Under the pieces are notes generated by a model. It was given only the letters and a program-made list of their open reading frames with translations. It was not told the DNA's origin and did no database searches. A stretch of 32,000 nt of DNA, taken from contig CP104013.1 in NCBI GenBank assembly GCA_025839675.1, positions 5,940,001-5,972,000 on the forward strand, in the 5' to 3' direction. Source of the DNA: Candidatus Lokiarchaeum ossiferum (GTDB lineage: Archaea; Asgardarchaeota; Lokiarchaeia; Sigyniarchaeales; Promethearchaeaceae). Each line of letters opens with the position of its first letter. The first letter of the stretch is position 1. Shown one piece after another: positions 24,824 through 32,000 of the stretch. A program made the position numbers and the translations under genes.

Positions 24824-27085
24824 ATGGCGACCTTAATCATATCTGAAAAAAATAAAGCGGCTCAAGCAATAGCTGAAGCGTTAGGGCCAGTGAACAAGAT
24901 TTCAGTTAGTAAAATGGTTAAGGTATATCATGTAACTTCCAAAAATATTTATGTCGTTCCGTTACGAGGTCATATACAGCAATATGAGAATACTGGACCA
25001 TATAAAAAGTGGACTGGGAATGATCCTCGAGAAATTATTACTAATCCTTCTGCTATTGAAAAAATCCCTTCACAATATGCAGGACCTTATATTTCTGCTT
25101 TAAAAAAATATGCCAAAATTTGTGATTTATGCATAATTGGAACAGATGCTGATGTTGAAGGGTGTAATATTGGGATGATGGATGCTTTTCCCTTTGTTAA
25201 ATCTGCCAATCCAAAAATTCAAGTTAAACAACTATGGTTAAATGATTTGCAAAAAACAGGAATTCAGTCTGCCTATGCAAATTTAATTCCTCCTAAATGG
25301 TCTTGGGCAAATAGCGGGGAAGCACGTGCCATTTTGGATGCCATTATTGGTTTTTCGGCCACCAGGGAAGTTTCATTGACTTTGAAACCGATTTTAAATG
25401 CAATTAATGTAAAATTTACATCCATTGGGAGGGTTCAAACATCCTTATTATATTTGTTATATCAACGTGAACACTTAATTCGGAATTTCGTTTCATCTCC
25501 TTTTTGGACTCTTTCAACCAAAATTAAGATCGACGATCGGGAAATTATTGCGAACCACTTGAAAAATAATTTTACAGATAAAATGATTGCAGAAGGAATA
25601 TATAATAAAATTAAAGATGAAAAAGAAGCTTTAATAAAAGATATTAAGAACACTTCTCGAGTTATTCAGCCTCCAACACCACTAAACACCTCGAAAGCAC
25701 TCCTGTTGATTACAAAGACATTAAAAATTAATGCTAAAGCCGCTTTAAAAACAATGGAAGATCTCTATCTAAATAAAATTATCTCATACCCCAGAACAGA
25801 TTCGGATGTATATTCTAAATCTTATGATCACAAAGAAATACTACAAAAATTTCTTACTCATAATCATTATGGACAATTTGTTCAAGATCGGTTCAAACAA
25901 ATGAAAATCTCCCCGAAACAAGGAAGAGTTAATGCAGGTGATCATAGTCCCATTACCCCTCTAATTGCTTTGGAACCTTCTTCATCAAAATTTGAAAATG
26001 ATTTACAAAAAAAAGTTTACAACCTCATAGCTCGCCATTATTTAGCCACGTTTGGGGATCCTGCTGAAGAATCTGACACAAAAATCTTACTCCTTATTAA
26101 AGAAGAACCCTTTTTAGCCCGCATTTCTGTCTTATTGAAACCTGGTTTTTATGATATCGCTCCTTTTTTAGCAAAAAAATATGATGCTCCCTTGGATTTC
26201 ATACCTAAATTAATGAAACTTTCAAGTTCGACTCCAAAATTGCCAATATCCAAAATAAATTTTACTGAAAAGCAAACTCAACCTCCTCCGCGATATACGG
26301 ATACATCATTACTGAAATTGATGGAATTGAAACATCTTGGTACAAAATCAACACGTCCTGCGATAATTCAGATACTGCTCGATCGAAATTATATTGAGCG
26401 GAAAAAACGAGCGGTTTTTGTTACTGAGCTAGGGTTTTTGTTAATTGATGCTTTGGTCGAAATTTGGAAACCTTTTCTTGAACCCCAGTTCACTGCAGAA
26501 GTAGAAGATCTTTTAGAAGAAATTCGGAATCAGACCAAGGGTAAAGATGCTGTTGTTCAGGAAATAAAACAGAAATTTCTTCTTCTATTTGATAAATTTA
26601 GAAAAAATAAACCTGCTTTTATTGTAAAAATGAATTCGTTACAGAAAACGGGTAATATTTTACGGGGTAGAGATAATAAAATTGTAAAAGGTAAACAAAA
26701 TGGGGGAAAATTATCTGGATCTGGAGCAAATTCTTCTCAAACTCCAGTAATTTTGACAACTAGCAATTGTCCCAAATGTAAATCACACCCAATGAAATTT
26801 GTGATCAGTCGGGACAAATCAAAGAAATTTTTTGTTTGTTCTGATGATAATTGTAAGACATTTCTATCCCTTCCTAAAAAAGGGTCTCCAAAACTTCTAA
26901 AATCCACTTGTTCTATTTGTAATTTCAACATCGTTAAAATTACATCTACATACAATAAGAAAAAATTTGACTACTATATATGTCCATTATGCTGGACATA
27001 TGGATTAAAGACTCAATCTGGTCAAGGATTTTGTTCGAAATGCACTAAATACAAAATTGAAAGAGGACGTTGTATTAAAAAATAG
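24824..27085 (+). CDS. topA: type IA DNA topoisomerase (archaeal TopA/Topo III-like) with C-terminal zinc ribbons
   Basis: Toprim 'LIISEKNKAA' and 'IIGTDADVEG'; active-site Tyr in 'ISYPRTDSD'; 'GDHSPITP', 'QPPPRYTDTSLLKLME' and 'GTKSTRPAIIQIL'. The C-terminus has 'CPKCKS...CSDDNC', 'CSICNF...CPLC' and 'CSKC...RGRC'. It begins 45 nt after the dna2 stop on the same strand. Confidence 0.95.
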   Translation: MATLIISEKNKAAQAIAEALGPVNKISVSKMVKVYHVTSKNIYVVPLRGHIQQYENTGPYKKWTGNDPREIITNPSAIEKIPSQYAGPYISALKKYAKICDLCIIGTDADVEGCNIGMMDAFPFVKSANPKIQVKQLWLNDLQKTGIQSAYANLIPPKWSWANSGEARAILDAIIGFSATREVSLTLKPILNAINVKFTSIGRVQTSLLYLLYQREHLIRNFVSSPFWTLSTKIKIDDREIIANHLKNNFTDKMIAEGIYNKIKDEKEALIKDIKNTSRVIQPPTPLNTSKALLLITKTLKINAKAALKTMEDLYLNKIISYPRTDSDVYSKSYDHKEILQKFLTHNHYGQFVQDRFKQMKISPKQGRVNAGDHSPITPLIALEPSSSKFENDLQKKVYNLIARHYLATFGDPAEESDTKILLLIKEEPFLARISVLLKPGFYDIAPFLAKKYDAPLDFIPKLMKLSSSTPKLPISKINFTEKQTQPPPRYTDTSLLKLMELKHLGTKSTRPAIIQILLDRNYIERKKRAVFVTELGFLLIDALVEIWKPFLEPQFTAEVEDLLEEIRNQTKGKDAVVQEIKQKFLLLFDKFRKNKPAFIVKMNSLQKTGNILRGRDNKIVKGKQNGGKLSGSGANSSQTPVILTTSNCPKCKSHPMKFVISRDKSKKFFVCSDDNCKTFLSLPKKGSPKLLKSTCSICNFNIVKITSTYNKKKFDYYICPLCWTYGLKTQSGQGFCSKCTKYKIERGRCIKK

Positions 27086-27115
27086 AGCCTAAATATATGG
27101 TTCCTTCAAAAAATC

Positions 27116-27736
27116 TTAAAAATTTTCTGCCCCTAATAACACGATGTACCTAAGAGATGATAGTGGTATCATGATGAAGTGTTCATACGTCATCTGGATT
27201 GTTTTTTTTGCATTTCTCCCAATTAATATTGCATCGTAAAATATTAAGTGATTCATTTCATCGACAACCAATCTATCTCCAATGATTACTCCATTATTGT
27301 GAGTAATTGCTACCGGACGATTTAAGATTTCTCCAGAAACGAAGTCCAAATGATTAATTTGTTTATAATCGGTGTCTAAAAATACACAAGAAGTTTTTAG
27401 AAAGCGTATTATATTTGGATAACTGGCTGAGAATCGAGCTTCATCAAATTCGTTAATAATTTCTTGCTCCAATTGAATGCAATAATCTATTCCATTAACA
27501 TCATTGATTGTACTTGTCCGATCTTCAGAATATGCTTTTCCATTTCTAAAACCAATATGCATGCCGGTAATTATGATTTGGCCATCTTCTATGTTCAAAT
27601 TATCAGAAAAGATCAAAGTATCCGTGCTTCCCGTTAATTTAGTGATAAATCCTCCTTTGAAAATTCCTTGAATTAGGATATCATTGAATTGATCTATCAT
27701 GATGTTTGATTTTGTATCGGTTTCGAAATCACTCAT
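27116..27736 (-). CDS. hypothetical beta-rich protein; C-terminal region weakly Sm/LSm-like
   Basis: 206-aa ORF with normal local codon and amino-acid usage. 'RPVAITHNNGVIIGDRLVVDEMNHLIFYDA...FIMIPLSSLRYIVLL' loosely resembles the Sm1 (G..G.L...D..MN.L..DA) and Sm2 motifs, with 1-2 residue spacing differences. Confidence 0.35.
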   Translation of the reverse strand: MSDFETDTKSNIMIDQFNDILIQGIFKGGFITKLTGSTDTLIFSDNLNIEDGQIIITGMHIGFRNGKAYSEDRTSTINDVNGIDYCIQLEQEIINEFDEARFSASYPNIIRFLKTSCVFLDTDYKQINHLDFVSGEILNRPVAITHNNGVIIGDRLVVDEMNHLIFYDAILIGRNAKKTIQMTYEHFIMIPLSSLRYIVLLGAENF

Positions 27737-27808
27737 TTGATTCTAATTTTAATAAAACATTCCATACCTAAATTTTTTAGCACTGAATATCCTTGAATAA
27801 ATTAGCAT

Positions 27809-29011
27809 ATGGAGTCTCCCCAAGGAAAAAAATTCCTTCGAATTTTACAGAATTCATTAAGCCCTTTTGAGAATTTTGTGGCAAAACTTGACATTGATGA
27901 ACCTCTAAATTTAGTGGATAATCGCCAATATATTATAAAACAACTAATTGATCTCCTTAATTTTGAGAATCCCGCAAAAATCATACCCATTGCTGGTGAT
28001 ACTGGTCAAGGTAAAACATATATATGTTGGGAGATAAAAAAAAATTTACAGATTCATGGTTCCCCGATTTTCTTTCAAGTTCCAGCCAATTCAAAATTAT
28101 TCTATTATGATCTTTATACAAAGATTATTGAAGAGATTGGGGCAGAAAAATTGCGCGATATCACGACTAAAATTTCTAATCGCTGGGGAGCAAGTGAGAT
28201 AAAATATGGTCTTTTTCGAACTACAAATTCAGAAAAGGTCATATCGCGAGCAAAATTAACTACACGCTATAAATGGAGCAAGTACCCCAAGGAACTTGAA
28301 GATTGTATTAGAGCAATCATTATTCATGCAATGGATCCAGAAGCATCTCATCTTGCAGAAAGATGGTTGTTAGGAGAAATCATGGACAGTGATGAACTTT
28401 TCTTCTTAGGGATTGAAAATAACCTTTCTGCAAAAGTTGTTGCTGAAGAATTGTTAAAGCTTATTGCAGATTATCTTGACGATGGAATTTATTTAATATA
28501 TGACGATTTAGATAAAAATTGGGTAAATTTTTCTCATATTCAAGACATAGATGATGATTGGGCTAATTCCCTTGAAGAAGACTCCCCAGATGTATCTTCT
28601 TCTTCTACAGATATATCCTTTTTTGAACAACTTGTTCAAGTTTTAAATGAATTAAATAAAGTGAAAATTGTTTTTACTATGGATTATAGCTCAAAAGATG
28701 AAATTTTATCACATTTTCCTGAAAGTATTGCTGATTTTATTTCTCCTATTATTCCATTAAATAATTTTTCTTCAAGAGACACAAAACAATACTATAAAGA
28801 GGCGTTGAAATTGTATTTAAAAAAAAATCAAATGGATTATGATTTGAAGAACCCTCTTTTTCCACTCAATGAAATTATATTGAAAGGAGTTTTTAGAAAA
28901 ATTCATGGTAATCCACGATTAGTAATTCGTGAATTTCAGCAAATATTTGATGAAATTATATTCGATGGCGTGTCTATTTCAGAGTTAGAAGCCAAATATT
29001 CTCTATACTAA
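27809..29011 (+). CDS. P-loop NTPase (AAA/STAND/Orc-like lineage), function unknown
   Basis: Walker A 'IAGDTGQGKTYI', Walker B-like 'GIYLIYDDLD' about 170 aa downstream, 'AERWLLGE', an acidic/Ser-rich insert 'EEDSPDVSSSSTD', and a C-terminal 'HGNPRLVIREF' sensor/lid-like motif. Confidence 0.6.
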   Translation: MESPQGKKFLRILQNSLSPFENFVAKLDIDEPLNLVDNRQYIIKQLIDLLNFENPAKIIPIAGDTGQGKTYICWEIKKNLQIHGSPIFFQVPANSKLFYYDLYTKIIEEIGAEKLRDITTKISNRWGASEIKYGLFRTTNSEKVISRAKLTTRYKWSKYPKELEDCIRAIIIHAMDPEASHLAERWLLGEIMDSDELFFLGIENNLSAKVVAEELLKLIADYLDDGIYLIYDDLDKNWVNFSHIQDIDDDWANSLEEDSPDVSSSSTDISFFEQLVQVLNELNKVKIVFTMDYSSKDEILSHFPESIADFISPIIPLNNFSSRDTKQYYKEALKLYLKKNQMDYDLKNPLFPLNEIILKGVFRKIHGNPRLVIREFQQIFDEIIFDGVSISELEAKYSLY

Positions 29012-29092
29012 GAATTAATGATAAAAACTTTTTTTCTACACAATAAGTATACCTTAATCTTTCTTTAAAAAAATGGAAATCTCGGAACAAGA

Positions 29093-29809
29093 ATGAATAC
29101 AATAGAAATAGATCCGGAACTCGGAATTAATTTAATAGAACTTTCAGTTGCTACTTTAGAACTAGATCGTTTTGAAATTCTTCAGAAAAATTACGACATA
29201 CAGTCTCTCATTGATGAAATTTCAACAAAAATGCGTTCAGTGTATACAATTGAAAAAATTAAAGATAATCCTGTTATATCTCAATATCGTAACTTCTATT
29301 GGAAAAAATTGAAGGTAGATCCTACCAAAATCCGCCCCGCTAGTGAAGCTTTAATTAGAAGAATTTTAAAAAACCGAGAAATACCCAAGATTTCTCCATT
29401 TGTTGATGCATATAATTGGGCTAGTATAATTAGCTTGATTCCAATGGGTGGTTATGATTTAGATAAAATAAATCTTCCAATAAAGATTCGCATGACCGCT
29501 GAAAATGAAATTTTTCATCCCATTGGTAAAGATTCGCATGTTTTACCTGAAAAAACTCTTGTCACATCAGATAATACGGGAAAGATTTTATGCCAGTATC
29601 CTTACCGTGATTCACAATTATCTATGGTGACTACAAAAACCTCACGAATTTTGCTAATTGCTTATGGTGTTGAAGGTATTTCTCAAGAACTCCTCACTTC
29701 AGCTTTGGAAACAACTAAGGAACATTTAAATTTTCTGAAAAAGAATGGAATTATAAAATATCATCCCAAAGATATTTTATTTTTTGGAAACAAAAGGAAA
29801 ATTATTTAA
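29093..29809 (+). CDS. stand-alone B3/B4 (PheRS-beta-like) tRNA-binding domain protein
   Basis: 'YRNFYWKKLKVDPTKIRPASEALIRRILKNREIPKISPFVDAYNWASIISLIPMGGYDLDKI' matches the B3_4 domain pattern (dp.k.RPS.eAL.RR...g..lp.In.lVD..N..Sl....mg..Dldk). Confidence 0.7.
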   Translation: MNTIEIDPELGINLIELSVATLELDRFEILQKNYDIQSLIDEISTKMRSVYTIEKIKDNPVISQYRNFYWKKLKVDPTKIRPASEALIRRILKNREIPKISPFVDAYNWASIISLIPMGGYDLDKINLPIKIRMTAENEIFHPIGKDSHVLPEKTLVTSDNTGKILCQYPYRDSQLSMVTTKTSRILLIAYGVEGISQELLTSALETTKEHLNFLKKNGIIKYHPKDILFFGNKRKII

Positions 29810-29855
29810 TTTATAAACAAATCATCAAGCTTGAGAATAAAGGACCTGAATTATA

Positions 29856-30521
29856 ATGCCCCCAACCAAAAAAGGAAAATCAGAAAAGAAGGAAGAAGGT
29901 TCACATCATGTAACATCTTATCGTGGGGTTACCGTTCGTGATCAAGAATTTTCGGAAAGTTACGATGAATATTTGGAAGTAATTTATCGATTATCTCTTC
30001 AGAATCCTGGGGGGTGGGTTAAAAATAAAGAAATTTCTACACGTTTGAATGTGACTGCTCCATCTGTCACAAATATGCTTGAAAAATTATCTGGGGCTAA
30101 GTTCATTGACTGGAAACCTCGTAGTGGTATCCGATTAACTGAAATTGGAAGAAATCGTGCGAAAAATTTGGTTACTTACCATATTGTAATCGAATTGTTT
30201 CTTCAACGCATTTTAAAGATGGAAGATGTTGAAACAATTGATCGAATTGCGTGCGATTTGGAACATCATTTAACCGATGATATGAAAAATCGTTTTATTG
30301 ATCTGCTCGGAATTACCGAGAATCTGACAAATGTGGATAATTTTATACTGGAAGATAAAATTCCAAAGCATATTGAAACGCGACCTGTTTATACGGAGAG
30401 AGAATTATTCCAAATTCTCGCTAAGATTGAAGCTACAATTGATAAAGAAACAAATATTGAAAAAAAGCAATCAGACAAAATTCATTCGATTTTTGCTTCA
30501 TTCAATCGACAGAATCAATAA
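29856..30521 (+). CDS. DtxR/MntR family metal-dependent transcriptional regulator
   Basis: 'SESYDEYLEVIYRLS', 'KEISTRLNVTAPSVTNMLEKL', 'IRLTEIGRNRAKNLVTYHIVIELFL' and 'ACDLEHHLTDDM' match the wHTH, dimerisation domain and metal-ligand pattern of DtxR/MntR. The protein also has a ~30-aa Lys-rich N-terminal extension and a ~60-aa C-terminal extension. Confidence 0.9.
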   Translation: MPPTKKGKSEKKEEGSHHVTSYRGVTVRDQEFSESYDEYLEVIYRLSLQNPGGWVKNKEISTRLNVTAPSVTNMLEKLSGAKFIDWKPRSGIRLTEIGRNRAKNLVTYHIVIELFLQRILKMEDVETIDRIACDLEHHLTDDMKNRFIDLLGITENLTNVDNFILEDKIPKHIETRPVYTERELFQILAKIEATIDKETNIEKKQSDKIHSIFASFNRQNQ

Positions 30522-31680
30522 TGGCGTAGGCTTCATTTATTGGAGAACATCCTCCACATCTTATGCATCCTGCTTTGTTTTTTAATGGATTTAAACCAAC
30601 ACGTTTACATTCTTGGGCTGCAAATCTTACTATTTCTGAAAAATTCCTTGAATCTGTTTGGGGGATCCTTATTTGTACACCTTGAATATATCTTGCAGGA
30701 GTAATTAGTGGGATGGCTCCGGCTTCAATCACTTGAGTTAGATTGGTCTTAGATTTTTCCAAATTTGATTCAAATCCTGTAATCACAAAGGTACTTACTT
30801 GGTTTTTCCCAAAAATGCGATTTGCCTCATTCCAATGTTCAATATAAGTGCTAAAAGAAATTTTACTCTTCCCTGGGCAAATTTGATTCCGGAGTTCAGA
30901 ATCCAAAATTTCTAAATGTATACCGATAGTATCTGCTCCTGCATCATGAGCTTGTTTATACCATGATTTATCCGCCATCGGTTCGATTTGAATATGAATT
31001 TGTATTTCTGAAAATGAAGATTTCAAAATTTTTAAAATTGGAATATATTGGGCAATTCCTTTATCTGGAGAAGAAGATGTTCCAACAGTTAATGTAAGAT
31101 GCTTGGCAAAGTTAGAGTTTTCCTTTCTAGCCTCTGAAATGGTTTCGACTAGCTGAGCTGCCGTTTTTATTTCAGTTGTAGCCCCATTGGCTAATGAAAA
31201 TTCAATTCCACAAAATTTACATTGTTGGTCGCCACGCCAATATTTACATCTTTGATTTATAGTGGTGGCTAAAGTTTCATCACCATGAATTAAGGCGATT
31301 TTACTGTACGGGATTGAATCTGAAGTTTTTTTAGAATAAAAGTGGGGAACCGGAAGAAGAAAAAGTTTTGGAAGTATTTTATCATCCTGAGTTTTATGTG
31401 TATAGATCACTTCATTAGTGGGTAAAATGTCCTGGATTATTAATGTTGTATCCTGATGGTCATCAATCCAAATAGGAGTACTTACTAAAGTACCTGTTGA
31501 GAATTTAAAATATCTTCCTCCTGCAGGACCTGCGCCTCCTTTTCTTCCTAAATTAAATTGAATGCCTCGCCTTTTGAGATCTTCAATAAGATCTTGAGAA
31601 ATAATTATCCCCTCACAGAGAAGAGTAATTTTGGTTTCTAAAACTAATTCCATAGCTGTTTTTTTTATTGAGGTCGTCAT
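30502..31680 (-). CDS. radical-SAM-like TIM-barrel Fe-S enzyme with atypical Cys spacing
   Basis: 'CKYWRGDQQCKFCGIEF' (CX8CX2C) sits where a radical SAM CX3CX2C cluster is expected. Alternating beta/alpha segments follow ('LTLTVGTSS', 'IGIHLEILD', 'STFVITGFE'), with a C-terminal 'CIRCGGC' (CX2CX2C). The N-terminus contains 'GRKGGAGPAGGRYF'. Confidence 0.6.
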   Translation of the reverse strand: MTTSIKKTAMELVLETKITLLCEGIIISQDLIEDLKRRGIQFNLGRKGGAGPAGGRYFKFSTGTLVSTPIWIDDHQDTTLIIQDILPTNEVIYTHKTQDDKILPKLFLLPVPHFYSKKTSDSIPYSKIALIHGDETLATTINQRCKYWRGDQQCKFCGIEFSLANGATTEIKTAAQLVETISEARKENSNFAKHLTLTVGTSSSPDKGIAQYIPILKILKSSFSEIQIHIQIEPMADKSWYKQAHDAGADTIGIHLEILDSELRNQICPGKSKISFSTYIEHWNEANRIFGKNQVSTFVITGFESNLEKSKTNLTQVIEAGAIPLITPARYIQGVQIRIPQTDSRNFSEIVRFAAQECKRVGLNPLKNKAGCIRCGGCSPINEAYAIIDSVD

Positions 31681-31764
31681 TCAATGTCTAGGTTATTAGA
31701 TGAACAAAATTTAAAAAAATCTTGGGTTTAGATTATTAGCTATTACAAAAATAGCACTTCTGAA

Positions 31765-32000
31765 TCAGATATGCTTTTTGTAATTCCACTCTTTTTTCAA
31801 TAACGCATAAAAAAACTCGTCACCCCATGCTCCCTTAAAAAATATATTTTCAATGTAGTGTCCTTCTCGTCGAAATCCTAATTTTTCAAGCAATTTGAAA
31901 GAACTATAATTCTTGCAATCACATGAAGCGTATATTCTGTGCAGATTTAACTTATTAAAAGCAAAATCTATGATCGCTGAGACCGCTTCTGTTGCAAATC
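31765..32000 (-). CDS. GNAT family N-acetyltransferase (RimJ/RimL-like), C-terminal part only; N-terminus beyond the window
   Basis: Not in the ORF track because no start lies in the window. The minus-strand frame from 31998 reads 'FATEAVSAIIDFAFNKLNLHRIYASCDCKNYSSFKLLEKLGFRREGHYIENIFFKGAWGDEFFYALLKKEW', ending at stop 31765-31767. 'LHRIYA...N..S..LLEKLGF..EG' is a classic GNAT C-terminal pattern. Confidence 0.75.
   Translation of the reverse strand, partial: FATEAVSAIIDFAFNKLNLHRIYASCDCKNYSSFKLLEKLGFRREGHYIENIFFKGAWGDEFFYALLKKEWNYKKHI

Noticed and set aside
24025-26955. ORFs 24025-24267 (-), 25462-25653 (-) and 26737-26955 (-)
   Set aside because: They are antisense shadows inside dna2 and topA, both of which have continuous motif support on the plus strand.
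27802-27990. ORF 27802-27990 (-), 62 aa
   Set aside because: It is antisense to the 5' end of the P-loop NTPase gene and has no features.
18559-29011. Antiviral defence island reading of the helicase, nuclease-helicase, Toprim protein and ATPase
   Set aside because: The topoisomerase is a full-length type IA enzyme with all catalytic and Zn-ribbon motifs. The helicase and the nuclease-helicase match the housekeeping Hel308 and Dna2 architectures. No methyltransferase, restriction, TIR/Sir2/PLD effector or mobile-element genes flank them.
30331-30585. ORF 30331-30585 (+), 84 aa
   Set aside because: It is an alternative frame across the 3' end of the DtxR-like gene and the radical-SAM 3' end, both of which are better supported.
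1-32000. Scan for tRNA/rRNA genes, CRISPR repeats, IS/transposon ends and long direct or inverted repeats in the intergenic spacers (829-978, 1357-1581, 13388-13615, 14353-14510, 18423-18558, 21253-21424, 31681-31764)
   Set aside because: No GC-rich structured islands, periodic repeats or terminal inverted repeats were visible by eye. The spacers look like ordinary AT-rich promoter or terminator DNA. A computational repeat or tRNA scan could still find short elements I missed.

Overview
This is a strongly AT-rich (about one-third GC by eye), densely coding window with about 23 protein genes on both strands. I saw no rRNA or tRNA genes, CRISPR arrays, transposases, integrases or long repeats.

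The gene content looks archaeal. It includes a Hel308-type helicase, a Dna2-type nuclease-helicase, a type IA topoisomerase, an archaeal-style ScpA kleisin ('NPWKISI' N-terminus), and a giant sequon-rich surface protein with a C-terminal TM anchor. Oligo-T tracts follow several genes and GGTGA-type SD motifs precede some starts. Tandem Roadblock/LC7 genes plus a coiled-coil Ras-like GTPase-domain protein suggest an Asgard/Lokiarchaeia-like source. That taxonomic call is inference only.

Blocks:
- 1-2961: a 5'-truncated BtrH-N/DUF4872-like gene, a small membrane protein and a coiled-coil Ras-like protein with degenerate G1/G3 motifs.
- 2964-9825: an amino-sugar/carbohydrate cluster with two paralogous PIG-L/LmbE deacetylases, a frameshifted MFS transporter, a GH-like TIM-barrel protein and two Gfo/Idh/MocA oxidoreductases.
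- 9867-13387: an scpA-like kleisin followed by a 768-aa TPR/helical-repeat protein, with no SMC or ScpB nearby.
- 13616-18422: two Roadblock/LC7 genes convergent with a 1303-aa surface protein.
- 18559-27085: a hel308-like helicase divergent from a dna2-topA pair.
- 27116-32000: an unknown beta-rich protein, a P-loop NTPase, a stand-alone B3/4 domain protein, a DtxR/MntR-type regulator, a radical-SAM-like enzyme with CX8CX2C spacing, and a partial GNAT acetyltransferase missing from the ORF track.

All family assignments come from motif recognition by eye. No database search was possible. The most interesting candidates are the helicase/Dna2/topoisomerase cluster, the degenerate coiled-coil GTPase coupled to a PIG-L gene, the orphan Roadblock pair and the duplicated deacetylase/oxidoreductase cluster.
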